Below, one piece after another: positions 28,227 to 37,344 of a stretch of DNA of 64,000 nt. The stretch comes from Pseudomonadota bacterium (lineage in GTDB: Bacteria > Pseudomonadota > Gammaproteobacteria > JAKAQQ01): positions 9,439 to 73,438 of the forward strand of contig JAJZIH010000009.1 of the NCBI GenBank assembly GCA_021810635.1. The letters are read 5' to 3'. Positions within the stretch are counted from its first letter, which is position 1; the number at the start of each line of letters is the position of its first letter. The notes under the pieces were generated by a model that had not been told where the DNA came from, searched no databases, and was given only the letters and a program-made list of their open reading frames with translations. A program made the translations under genes and the position numbers.

Positions 28227-29186
28227 ATGGAACGGCCGGTTCCACCGTTGCCGCAGGAGCATCCGTCGATCGTGGCCCTCTGTCTTTCGGACAATACGGG
28301 GCGATTCCTGGTCCAGAAACGGCCGCCCGGCCGGACCTGGGCGGGGTTCTGGGAGTTTCCGGGTGGCAAGGTGCAGCCCGGGGAGTTGCCCGAGAAGGCC
28401 CTGCGGCGTGAAGCAGAAGAGGAACTGGGCATCCGGGTCGGCGACCTGAGTTTGTTCTGCCGGCAGGCTGGGCCCGCTCCCGGCGGATGGCTTTCGATCG
28501 CCTTTTATGCGGCGGACGCGTTCGAGGGGCACCCCCATCCGCGTGACGGACAGTCGCTTGCCTGGTGCCGGCCGGATGAACTCCCGCTCCGGTCCTGGCT
28601 CCCGGCCGACCAGCCGCTGGTCGATGCCCTCGCGGCTGGGCCCTGGTGTGGTCTCACCCCCCGCCTCGACCACCCGGATCCCGACCGGATCGCGGCCGGT
28701 TTTACCGGGGCGATTGCCGCGGGAGTGGGTTTTTTTGTGATCCGTCCGGCGCCCGGAAAATCCTGGACATCGTCCGAGATGGAACCGGTTCGCGTGTGGG
28801 CCCGTCGCCGGCGGGTTCGGGTTGCCTTCGAACGGCCTCCCGGATCCGCAGATCGGGGGGACCTCCACCTCTCTGCCGAAGCCGCCCGCCCCTTGGTCCT
28901 CCGTCCTGTCCCGCCCCGAATCCGGCTCGGCGTTTCTTGTCATGATCCCTGGGAAATCGGGCAGGCAACCCGGCTTGGCGCCGATTACGCCTTTCTGGGT
29001 CCGGTCCGTGAAACACCGACCCACCCGGGGGATCCCGGGCTCGGCTGGGAGCGCTGGGCGGCATGGACAGGTGGTGCGGGGTGCCCGGTCTATGCGATCG
29101 GAGGGCTGGGTCCCGATGATCTCGGCCAAGTCCGTCGGGCCGGCGGTTTCGGGGTGGCTGCAATCCGCGCTTTCTGGAACGAGTGA
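28227..29186 (+). CDS. MutT-type Nudix hydrolase fused to a ThiE/TenI-like domain
   Basis: Nudix box GFWEFPGGKVQPGELPEKALRREAEEELGI. The C-terminal half has the ThiE-like pattern GADYAFLGPVRETPTHPG...PVYAIGG. The ATG at 28227 is the internal start of ORF 27936..29186, just after the secA stop. Confidence 0.85.
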   Translation: MERPVPPLPQEHPSIVALCLSDNTGRFLVQKRPPGRTWAGFWEFPGGKVQPGELPEKALRREAEEELGIRVGDLSLFCRQAGPAPGGWLSIAFYAADAFEGHPHPRDGQSLAWCRPDELPLRSWLPADQPLVDALAAGPWCGLTPRLDHPDPDRIAAGFTGAIAAGVGFFVIRPAPGKSWTSSEMEPVRVWARRRRVRVAFERPPGSADRGDLHLSAEAARPLVLRPVPPRIRLGVSCHDPWEIGQATRLGADYAFLGPVRETPTHPGDPGLGWERWAAWTGGAGCPVYAIGGLGPDDLGQVRRAGGFGVAAIRAFWNE

Positions 29187-29569
29187 GCCCGCGTGCCGTG
29201 TTGAGACCGGCCAGTGTTGTGCTCGAACGTGGCATACGGGCGCTTTGGGAAACGGGTCCCCCAGAGTTTGCAGAGGTGCCTGCATCGGCTGACCGCAATG
29301 CCGTCTTGGCCCATGGAGGTGCCAAGAAGTGCATCCCGGAGGATGCGTCTGCCGGGAGGAAGCCGACGCGTGTAGGTCGGAGGGCTTTCCTCGTGACCTG
29401 AAAGACCATGACATGGACGATTGTTGAAATCGACCCGTGGTCCCACCGGTGTGGGATCAGGCCATGACCCTGAGGGGCCTGGTGCCAACGCCATCGACCT
29501 CAAGGCCCGATTGGCCACCGGCGACCGGGCCGGCCATGACGAGCGGGGGTTCCCCGAGGCATTTCCAGA

Positions 29570-29806
29570 TCAGTCCGGGCGGTCGCTCCAAGGGTTTTCC
29601 GGTCCGTCCGGCGCTCGCGCCCCGTCATCCGGGGATGCGGGTTCCTGTTCGACGGGAATGCGGTGACGTTCGGAGAACCATCCCCAAAGGTCGAGCAGGC
29701 GACAGCGGGTGGAGCAGAAGGGTCGGTCGCGGGGGTCGTTTGAGCCGTCGAGCACCTTGCCGCAGGTCGGACAACTGGGATGGATGGGGGGCTCGCCAGG
29801 GGTCAT
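29570..29806 (-). CDS. yacG: DNA gyrase inhibitor YacG (zinc finger)
   Basis: CPTCGK...RPFCSTRCRLLDLWGW, the typical YacG zinc ribbon. Conserved position downstream of coaE/zapD. Confidence 0.9.
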   Translation of the reverse strand: MTPGEPPIHPSCPTCGKVLDGSNDPRDRPFCSTRCRLLDLWGWFSERHRIPVEQEPASPDDGARAPDGPENPWSDRPD

Positions 29807-29812
29807 GGGGGC

Positions 29813-30574
29813 TCAGAGCTGGCAATGCTGAAGCTGCCAGTCTACCGCCTGCCGGAACGGTTCCGGTCGTTGGCAGGGATCGGGCTGGATCAGGAAGCGG
29901 ATGAAGAGACGGTGCCGGCTGGCACTGACTTCGGGAAAACAGAGGACATCACCGGACAGTCCGATCCGGACCAGGCTGACTGCGCTCAGGAGGCTCAGGT
30001 CTTCCTCGAATGACCCCTGGGGAGCCTGCTCCGGGCTGAAGGGTGCGCTCTCCCGCAACAGCTGGAGGTAGAAACGGACGGCATCCTCGATCGGATCCAG
30101 TTCCGCATACCATCCGGCCATCAGGGTTCCCCGGCTCGCCTCCTCCTTCTGGATCCAGTGGGCATAGGCGGGAACTTCGAAGGGAGCGGCCCCCCCCGGG
30201 ACGGCGGACCGGCTTTTGAACAGGTTGAGGAGTTCGCACTGACGCAGGCGTTCGCCCATGCGGGACTCGTTCTCGAGCAGTCGCCGGCTTTTCAGCGAAA
30301 ACTCGCCCAGAAGGCGGTCGAGCCGGGCGTGATCGACCGCCGGCCGCTTCCGGAGCGTGTTCCAGGCCTGCTGGACGCGTTCGAACTCGCGGAGAATCTC
30401 CTTGCGGACGTCTCCCCGCAACAGCAGGGACTCGATCTGGAGCAGATTGCCCAGGCGGGCGTGTCCGGCCGCCGGTCCGGTGCGGGCGGCATCGTCACGG
30501 CCAAGGGAAAAGAGCCATTCAAGGCGCAAAAACAGCCGGATCCTCTCGTTTAAGGGATGCTCGAAATACCGCAT
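29813..30574 (-). CDS. zapD: Cell division protein ZapD
   Basis: YFEHPLNERIRLFLRLEWLF near the N-terminus and overall ZapD-like pattern (PGGAAPFEVPAYAHW). The start at 30574 gives ~253 aa and avoids overlap with coaE. Alternative start 30616. Confidence 0.85.
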   Translation of the reverse strand: MRYFEHPLNERIRLFLRLEWLFSLGRDDAARTGPAAGHARLGNLLQIESLLLRGDVRKEILREFERVQQAWNTLRKRPAVDHARLDRLLGEFSLKSRRLLENESRMGERLRQCELLNLFKSRSAVPGGAAPFEVPAYAHWIQKEEASRGTLMAGWYAELDPIEDAVRFYLQLLRESAPFSPEQAPQGSFEEDLSLLSAVSLVRIGLSGDVLCFPEVSASRHRLFIRFLIQPDPCQRPEPFRQAVDWQLQHCQL

Positions 30575-30590
30575 GCCCCGCCGAACGGGT

Positions 30591-31250
30591 TCAGTGGAGG
30601 CGGGCGGGGGCGGCATCGGGGAAGCTCCCGGTCCGGTTTTGCGACCGGCGGGTATAGTCACGGACGAGATCCCGGGCGGATGCGGCGAGTTCACCCAGTC
30701 CGGATTCGTTGACCACGAGATCGTCGGCCCGACTGAGCCGGGTTTCCCGGGAAGACTGGAGGGACAGGAGACGCAGCGCCCCCTCCCGCCCGATCCGGTC
30801 GCGAACGATGAGACGGGCGATCTGGGTGTTTTCGTTGCAGTCGACGACGAGCTTCCGGTCGATGGTGAGGGACGCCGGAGTCTCCCCGACCTCGGTCAGG
30901 AGCGGGATCACGCACAGCACCCAGCTGGCGTCCGAATAGGCGAGAATCCGCGATTCGAGTCTCGCCCAGATCAGGGGATGCAGGAGGGACTCCACGAGCC
31001 GGCGGAGGCCGGGATCGACGGTCATGGCCTCCCGCAGTCGGCGCCGGTCGAGCGCTCCATCCACCCCGAAGAAAGCCGGGTCCAGGTTCTCCCGCAGATC
31101 GACCGCCCCCGGTTCACCCGGAGCGGTCAGCTCGCGGGCGATGGCGTCGCTGTCCACGACCGGAATCCGGGCGCCGGCGATGAGCGCAGCCAGAGCGGTC
31201 TTTCCGCTTGCGATCCCCCCGGTCAGGGCGACGGTCCAGGGCCGATTCAT
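30591..31250 (-). CDS. coaE: Dephospho-CoA kinase
   Basis: P-loop VALTGGIASGKT, VVDSDAIAREL. The ATG at 31250 overlaps the pilD stop (ATGA). The rest of the 462-aa ORF is antisense-of-nothing extension through pilD in another frame. Confidence 0.9.
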   Translation of the reverse strand: MNRPWTVALTGGIASGKTALAALIAGARIPVVDSDAIARELTAPGEPGAVDLRENLDPAFFGVDGALDRRRLREAMTVDPGLRRLVESLLHPLIWARLESRILAYSDASWVLCVIPLLTEVGETPASLTIDRKLVVDCNENTQIARLIVRDRIGREGALRLLSLQSSRETRLSRADDLVVNESGLGELAASARDLVRDYTRRSQNRTGSFPDAAPARLH

Positions 31251-32113
31251 GCCGGGTGGATCAGATGGAGCCAGAAGGCCAGGAGATGGCCTCCGTAAGC
31301 CAGGCTGACCAGTCCGGCGCCAGCCAGGAATGGGCCGAAAGGCAGGGGCTGGCCGCGCTGGTGGCGACCGGTCAGGATCAGTCCGATGCCGGTGGCCGCG
31401 CCGATCACCGAGGCCAGAAGGATCACCACGAGGAGGTTGGGGGCGCCGAGCCAGGCCCCGAGCATGGCCAGGAGCTTGAAGTCGCCGTACCCCAAGCCCT
31501 CCTTGCCGGTCAGCAAGCGGAAGGTCTGGTAGACCGCCCACAGGAAGAGGTAGCCCAGGATGGCTCCCCAGAGCGCCGTTCCGAGCGGCACGAACATCCC
31601 CAGGCTGTTCAAGGCCAGCCCGAGCCAGATCCCCGGGAGGGTGATCGCATCCGGAAGAATCTGGTGCTCGAGGTCGATCAGGGCCAGCGTGAGGAGCATC
31701 CAGAAGAGCAGCATGGCGCCGATCGCCTGCAGGGGAGTCGCGAAGCCCCAGGCACAGAGGACCGCGGCCGCTGCCGACGCGAGCTCGACCAGAGGATAGC
31801 GGATGCTGATCCGGGCCTTGCAGTCGTGGCAGCGGCCGCCCAGGAGGATCCAGCTCACGACCGGAATGTTGGCCCACGGCGGGATCGGCCGTCCGCACGC
31901 CGGGCAGTGGGAACCCGGCCGGGCCAGGTTGTAGGGCGGTCCCGCCGTGGGCGCCGGCGTACCCGCGGCCTCGGCGCATTCACGGTGCCACCGCTGTTCC
32001 AGCATGCGGGGCAGACGGTGGATCACGACGTTGAGAAAGCTGCCCACAACCAAACCCACCAGGCCGGCCGAAAGGAGGTACCACTGCCAAAGCGCAGTCT
32101 CGGTGGCAATCAC
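31247..32113 (-). CDS. pilD: Prepilin leader peptidase / N-methyltransferase
   Basis: CPACGRPI...GRCHDCKARISIRYPLVE zinc motif. Polytopic A24 peptidase with GYGDFKLLA. Confidence 0.93.
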   Translation of the reverse strand: MIATETALWQWYLLSAGLVGLVVGSFLNVVIHRLPRMLEQRWHRECAEAAGTPAPTAGPPYNLARPGSHCPACGRPIPPWANIPVVSWILLGGRCHDCKARISIRYPLVELASAAAAVLCAWGFATPLQAIGAMLLFWMLLTLALIDLEHQILPDAITLPGIWLGLALNSLGMFVPLGTALWGAILGYLFLWAVYQTFRLLTGKEGLGYGDFKLLAMLGAWLGAPNLLVVILLASVIGAATGIGLILTGRHQRGQPLPFGPFLAGAGLVSLAYGGHLLAFWLHLIHPA

Positions 32114-32159
32114 GGGACCGGGACGTCAGCGGGCAGAGCGGCGGGCATGAGGACGGTGG

Positions 32160-33377
32160 TCAGACGACGGAACCCAGCTTGAAGATCGGCAGGTACATGG
32201 CGACCACGAGCGAACCCACGATGATTCCGAGCACCACGATGATGATGGGTTCGATGAGCGTGCTCAAAGATTCGACGGCGTTGTCGACCTCCGCCTCGTA
32301 GATGACCGCCACCTTGGTGGCCATCTCCTGGATTTTCCCGGACTGCTCGCCGATGGCGATCATCTGGATGACCGCGTTGGGGAAGAGATCCGACTGCTTC
32401 ATCGATTCGTTGAGGGCACGGCCGGTCGCCACCTGGTCGTGGATCATCTGGATGCCGTTTTCATAGACCAGGTTTCCGCTCGTGCCGGCAATGGTTTCCA
32501 GGGCTTCGACCATGGGAACGCCAGCGCCGTACATGGTGGCGAGCGAGCGGCAGAACCGCGCGATGATGGCCTTCTTCAGGATGGCTCCCATCACGGGAAC
32601 GCGCAGGAGGGTTCGGTCCACCCACAGGCGGAAGTCGTCCGAACGCCGATACAGCGCGATGATGCCGGCCACCACCCCGCCGATCACGAGGAGATAGACC
32701 GGCGCATAGGTGCGCACGCTTTCCGACAGGTTGATGACCATGCGCGTGTAGGCGGGGAGGGAAGCTCCGAACCCGTTGAAAAGTTTCTGGAATTCTGGGA
32801 TCACGAAAACCAGCATCACGGTCATCACGAGGATGGCCACCGCGATCACCGAGGCCGGATAGATCATGGCCTTCTTGATCTTGGCCTTGATGTATTCCAT
32901 CTTTTCCTTGTAGGTCGCGATGCTGTCGAGCAACTGTTCGAGCTTGCCGGAACCCTCGCCGGCGGCGACCAGATTGACGAACAAGTAGTCGAAATACTTG
33001 GGGTGCTGTTCCATGGCCTTGGCCAGGGAGACCCCGGTTGAAACCTGGTTCTGGATCGACTCGACCATCCGCCGCATGCGGGGGTTGTCATCGCTCGAGG
33101 CGATGATGCCGAGTGCCTGGACCATGGGAACCCCCGCGCCGGTCAGCGTGGCCAGCTGACGGGTGAAGTTGGCGATGTCGCGGGGATGGATTCGTCGTCC
33201 CCGCCTGTTGACGGCCCGTTCACGCCGGACGCGGGTCACGGTGATGCCCTGGTTGCGGAGCTGGCTGCGCAGCAGGACTTCCGCGGGCGAGGTGTCGCGG
33301 CCGCGGACGGACCGACCCTGCCGGTCGCGGCCCTCCCAGCGGAATCTCACGGTCTGGATGTTCGGTTTGGTGGCCAT
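32160..33377 (-). CDS. pilC: Type IV pilus platform protein PilC
   Basis: Two T2SSF repeats (FTRQLATLTGAGVPMVQAL / FCRSLATMYGAGVPMVEAL), C-terminal YLPIFKLG. I prefer the ATG at 33377 (after the pilB stop at 33385) over 33407. Confidence 0.93.
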   Translation of the reverse strand: MATKPNIQTVRFRWEGRDRQGRSVRGRDTSPAEVLLRSQLRNQGITVTRVRRERAVNRRGRRIHPRDIANFTRQLATLTGAGVPMVQALGIIASSDDNPRMRRMVESIQNQVSTGVSLAKAMEQHPKYFDYLFVNLVAAGEGSGKLEQLLDSIATYKEKMEYIKAKIKKAMIYPASVIAVAILVMTVMLVFVIPEFQKLFNGFGASLPAYTRMVINLSESVRTYAPVYLLVIGGVVAGIIALYRRSDDFRLWVDRTLLRVPVMGAILKKAIIARFCRSLATMYGAGVPMVEALETIAGTSGNLVYENGIQMIHDQVATGRALNESMKQSDLFPNAVIQMIAIGEQSGKIQEMATKVAVIYEAEVDNAVESLSTLIEPIIIVVLGIIVGSLVVAMYLPIFKLGSVV

Positions 33378-33384
33378 GGTGGGG

Positions 33385-35157
33385 CTAGCTGGAGATGACC
33401 CGGTCAATTTCTTCGAGGGTGGTGATGCCCTGTATCACCTTGTCGAGTCCGCACCGTCGGAGGTCCCAGATGCCTTCCTTGTGGGCTTGGGCGGCGATCG
33501 CGATGGAACTGGCTTGGTCCATCATGAGGGCGGACATGGCTTCCGAGATCGGGAAGACCTGGTAGATGCCGATCCGCCCCTTGTAACCCAGCTGGCAGTT
33601 CTCGCAGCCGGCCGGATTGGGCCGGTACAGTTTCTGGACCCGGTTGGCGATGTCCTCAGGCAGGCGGGCATCGCCGAGCACGGCAGGCGTGGGCGTGAAC
33701 GGCTGGCGGCAATGTTCGCACAGGCGGCGGGCGAGGCGCTGCGAGATGATGAGACAGACGGAACTTGCAACGGAGTAGGCGGGAACCCCCATGTCGCGGA
33801 GACGGGTCAACGTCTGGGGAGCGTCATTGGTGTGCAGCGTGGACAGCACGAGATGTCCGGTCTGGGCCGCCTTGATGGCGACATCGGCTGTTTCCGGGTC
33901 GCGGATCTCGCCCACCAGAATCACATCCGGATCCTGGCGCAGGAAGGCGCGCAGGGCGTCGGCAAAACCGAAGTGCAGCTTCGGCTGGACATTGACCTGG
34001 TTGACCCCGACCAACTGGATCTCAACAGGATCCTCGGCCGTGCTGATGTTGCGCTCGACTGTGTTGAGCTTGTTGATGCCCGCGTACATGGTCACGGTCT
34101 TGCCGCTACCGGTCGGACCCGTCACGAGAATCATGCCCTGGGACCGGGCCAGGGCGCGGAGATAGATCTCTTCCTGGTGCGGCTCGAAGCCGAGGGCTTT
34201 GATGCCGATCTGGGTCATGCCGGGATCGAGCACCCGCATGACGATCTTTTCGCCATGCACGGTGGGGACACAACTGACACGGAAATCGAGGGCCCGCGTG
34301 GGGCCGATGGAGACCCGGACTTTGCCGTCCTGGGGGATGCGTCGTTCGTCGGTCCGGAGGCGCGCGCTGTTCTTGAGGAAGGCCACGATCCGGTCCTTCG
34401 ACTGGATCGGGGGGCGGCTGTAGTCGCACAGAATGCCGTCGATCCGGAGCCGGACCCGGTAGAAGGTCTCGTACGGCTCGAAGTGGATATCGGAGGCGCC
34501 CTTCTGGATGGCATGGAGCAGCGTCTTCTTGATGAACCGGACGATCGGCTCCTCCTCGTTGTTCTCCTGGACCACGTCGAGGTTCTGGGTCGCCATTTCC
34601 GAGCCCGAATCGAAGTCGACCTCGTCGAGGTAGTTGCTCTCGTCAACCGAGGCATCCGGCCCAAAGGATCCGAACTCGTTGAATGCTCTTTCGATGGCTT
34701 TGATGAGCTTGTCGTGCTCGACCAGCACCGGGACCGTGTCGAGGTTCGTCTTGAAGCGGATCTTGTCGATCCCGAGGTGGTGGGTGAGATCGGATACCGC
34801 GATGTACAGGCATTTTCCGCGCCGGAAAAAGGGCAGCGAGAACGTGCCTCGGATGACCTGCTCCTCTCCCAGGGGGAGACATTCCGGATCGACCACGAGA
34901 GCGTCCGCATCCAGCAGGGGCGTGTCGAAATGTTGGGAGAGGGCGAGGGCCACCGCGCTCGGGGCGAGCTTGGCCTTCTCGGCGAGGTGGGCGACGAGGG
35001 AGGTGCGATGGCGATGGCTCTCCACTTCGGCCTGTCGGGCCTGGGGCTCGGTCAGAAGAGAGCGCGCAATCAGGAACTGCAGGAACGGACCCAGAGTGGG
35101 TTCATTCGGGATGCGCGCGGGCTGCGGTGCGGTTTGAGTGGCCATGTCCCCCATCAT
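33385..35157 (-). CDS. pilB: Type IV pilus extension ATPase PilB
   Basis: Walker A GPTGSGKT, Asp box, His box (GHLVLSTLHTN), tetracysteine CEHC...CENC, T2SSE_N-type N-terminal domain. Confidence 0.95.
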   Translation of the reverse strand: MMGDMATQTAPQPARIPNEPTLGPFLQFLIARSLLTEPQARQAEVESHRHRTSLVAHLAEKAKLAPSAVALALSQHFDTPLLDADALVVDPECLPLGEEQVIRGTFSLPFFRRGKCLYIAVSDLTHHLGIDKIRFKTNLDTVPVLVEHDKLIKAIERAFNEFGSFGPDASVDESNYLDEVDFDSGSEMATQNLDVVQENNEEEPIVRFIKKTLLHAIQKGASDIHFEPYETFYRVRLRIDGILCDYSRPPIQSKDRIVAFLKNSARLRTDERRIPQDGKVRVSIGPTRALDFRVSCVPTVHGEKIVMRVLDPGMTQIGIKALGFEPHQEEIYLRALARSQGMILVTGPTGSGKTVTMYAGINKLNTVERNISTAEDPVEIQLVGVNQVNVQPKLHFGFADALRAFLRQDPDVILVGEIRDPETADVAIKAAQTGHLVLSTLHTNDAPQTLTRLRDMGVPAYSVASSVCLIISQRLARRLCEHCRQPFTPTPAVLGDARLPEDIANRVQKLYRPNPAGCENCQLGYKGRIGIYQVFPISEAMSALMMDQASSIAIAAQAHKEGIWDLRRCGLDKVIQGITTLEEIDRVISS

Positions 35158-35300
35158 TGTCAGCCGGTCTGCGTCAGGTTGCGCCAGCCTCCTCGGGAGC
35201 GATCATAGCACGCTCCGCCACGGGGAGCGGGGGGCATCCCCCATCTGCGTCAGGCCGGCGTTTGCCCTATGATGCGGGCAGGTGCCGACCGGAACGTTCC

Positions 35301-36173
35301 GTGAGCGAATCGACGACTTCACTCAGCATCATCCTGCCTGCCCGCAATGAAGCGCCGGTACTGGCGGACCTCCTGCCTCGCATCCGAACCCTCTATCCGG
35401 CCGCCGACGTGATCGTCGTGGACGACGGATCGACGGATCTGACCGCTGCCACCGCCACCGCCGCTGGCGCCCGCCTGATCCGCCATCCCCGCTCGCTCGG
35501 CAACGGCGCCGCCGTCAAGTCGGGAGCCCGGGCAGCCACCGGCACCCGCCTGGTCTTCCTGGACGCCGACGGACAGCATCCACCGGAGGAAATCGCCCGT
35601 CTCCTGGCTTCCCTGGAACAGGGCTATGCGATGGCGGTCGGGGCGCGGGGTCCCGGTTCCCAGCAGAACCGCCTCCGGGCCACCGCCAACCTTCTCTACA
35701 ACTGGCTCGCGACCTGGATGGTCGGCCAGAGGGTCCGGGACCTCACCTCCGGCTTCCGGGCCGTCCATGCCGAGACCTTCCGGCGCTTCCTCTATCTCCT
35801 GCCGAACGGATTCTCCTATCCCACGACCATCACCATGGCCTTCTTCCGCGCTGGCTACCCGGTGGACTATGTGCCGTTCCATGCCCCCTCCCGCCAGGCC
35901 AACCGAAGTCACCTGCGCCCGTTTCGCGACGGCGCCAAGTTCTTCCTGATCATTTTCCGGATCGGCGTGCTCTATTCCCCCCTCAAGCTCTTCGTGCCCG
36001 TGAGTGCCGTTCTGTTTTTCCTGGGCTGTGCGCGCTATACCTACACCTACCTCACCTCTGGCATCCTGACCAACATGAGCGTGCTGCTCTGGATCACGGC
36101 CGTGATCACCTTCCTGATCGGCCTCGTTTCGGAACAGATCACGGCGCTGCTCTATCGTGATTCCTCTGCCTGA
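35301..36173 (+). CDS. GT2 polyprenyl-phosphate hexose synthase-like glycosyltransferase (GtrB/ArnC/DPM1 architecture)
   Basis: LSIILPARNEA...VVDDGSTD...LDADGQHPPEE (DxD) catalytic domain, followed by two C-terminal TM helices (FFLIIFRIGVLYSPLKLFVPVSAVLFFLG; VLLWITAVITFLIGLVSEQ). The GTG at 35301 is chosen to leave a divergent promoter gap to pilB; start is uncertain. Confidence 0.8.
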   Translation: MSESTTSLSIILPARNEAPVLADLLPRIRTLYPAADVIVVDDGSTDLTAATATAAGARLIRHPRSLGNGAAVKSGARAATGTRLVFLDADGQHPPEEIARLLASLEQGYAMAVGARGPGSQQNRLRATANLLYNWLATWMVGQRVRDLTSGFRAVHAETFRRFLYLLPNGFSYPTTITMAFFRAGYPVDYVPFHAPSRQANRSHLRPFRDGAKFFLIIFRIGVLYSPLKLFVPVSAVLFFLGCARYTYTYLTSGILTNMSVLLWITAVITFLIGLVSEQITALLYRDSSA

Positions 36174-37344
36174 CCGGGAAACCGGACCGCCTGCCGGATC
36201 CCTCCTCATCGTCACCCGCAACTTTCCGCCGGTGATCGGCGGCATCGAACGGGTCGTGGCCGAGGCGGCCCGTGCCCTGTCCCGGCACTTCCGGGTGGTG
36301 GTGCTCGGGCCGGCGGGCGGAGAGGCGGCCACCGATTCCGGGATCGATTATCGGCCGGTATCTCCCGTGCCCGGGAGCCGTTTTCTCCGGGTGACGCGGC
36401 AGCTCGCCCCCCGGATCGCGCGGGAGCTCCGGCCGGTGGCCGTCCTGGCCGGCAGCGGCGTCATGGCCCCGGCCGCCCGGGCCGCGGCCCGGGCGGCACA
36501 ATGCCCGGCCTGGGCCCTCGTGCATGGGCTCGACGTGACGGCGCGCCATCCCCTGTACCGGATCCTTTTTGCCCCGGCGATCCGGGGGCTCGACGGAGTG
36601 CTCGCGAACAGCCGCGCGACTGCCCGGGCCGCCCGCCGGCTCGGCGTCTTGGAGGAGCGGATCGGAGAGATTGCGCTCGGCGTGGATCTCCCGGCGTGGC
36701 CGCCCGCTGCGGACCGCCGGGCGCGGATTCGGCACGCGTGGGGCGTGCCGGAAGAGGCGCATCTGCTCCTCTTCGTGGGGCGGCTCACCCAGCGCAAGGG
36801 GATCGGTCCGTTCGTCGAGAAGGGATTGGCCCCTCTGGTCGGCGCCGACCCCGGGATCCACCTCGCGGTCGTGGGCGCCGCGCCCGCCCGGGCGCTCGGC
36901 CGGGTGGCGGTCCCACCGGAGGAACTGGTGCGCCGTGCAAAGCGGGCCGGGGTGGGGGCGCACGTGCATCTCGTGGGTCCTCTGACCGGGCAGACGCTCG
37001 ACGAGGCCTACTTCGCCTCCGATCTCTTTGTGTTCCCTGTTCTGGAACGCCCGGGTGACATGGAAGGCTTCGGTCTCGTCGCCCTCGAAGCGGCCGCGCA
37101 CGGCCTTGCGACAGTCGCCTTTGCCACGGGCGGGATTCCGGACGCGGTTTCCGATCCGGAGAGCGGCGATCTCGTGCCGCCCGGGGATTACGCCGCGATG
37201 CGGCAGGCCATCCGCCGTCGTCTCGGTCAGGATCCCGTGGTGCGGGCGGCCGCGACCCGGCGTTTTGCCGGAACGCGCAGCTGGTCCCGGTTTGCCGGTG
37301 AGCTCGAGACCTGGGTCCTGGCCCGCCTGCCGCCCGGTTCGTGA
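36157..37344 (+). CDS. GT4-family (Glycos_transf_1) glycosyltransferase
   Basis: LLFVGRLTQRKG ... EGFGLVALEAAAHGLATVAFATGGIPDAV (the E-x7-E region). The GTG start overlaps the end of the GT2 gene by 17 nt. Confidence 0.85.
   Translation: MIPLPDRETGPPAGSLLIVTRNFPPVIGGIERVVAEAARALSRHFRVVVLGPAGGEAATDSGIDYRPVSPVPGSRFLRVTRQLAPRIARELRPVAVLAGSGVMAPAARAAARAAQCPAWALVHGLDVTARHPLYRILFAPAIRGLDGVLANSRATARAARRLGVLEERIGEIALGVDLPAWPPAADRRARIRHAWGVPEEAHLLLFVGRLTQRKGIGPFVEKGLAPLVGADPGIHLAVVGAAPARALGRVAVPPEELVRRAKRAGVGAHVHLVGPLTGQTLDEAYFASDLFVFPVLERPGDMEGFGLVALEAAAHGLATVAFATGGIPDAVSDPESGDLVPPGDYAAMRQAIRRRLGQDPVVRAAATRRFAGTRSWSRFAGELETWVLARLPPGS

Noticed and set aside
25463-28432. 989-aa minus-strand ORF covering the whole secA region
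   Set aside because: It is antisense to an unmistakable secA. The product is Arg/Gly/Pro/Leu-rich, low-complexity, and has no motifs. Long stop-free antisense frames are expected in GC-rich coding DNA.
29090-29904. ORFs of 72-155 aa inside and around the mutT-like/yacG spacer (29183..29401 +, 29090..29518 -, 29421..29666 +, 29437..29904 +)
   Set aside because: The translations are low-complexity, overlap each other in several frames, and some run antisense through yacG/zapD. I saw no motifs or start-site signals. The region is treated as non-coding, though it is flagged as a finding.
33163-35208. 681-aa plus-strand ORF antisense to pilB
   Set aside because: PilB on the minus strand has Walker A/B, Asp and His boxes and the tetracysteine motif. 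The plus-strand product is Asp/Gly/Arg-rich junk.
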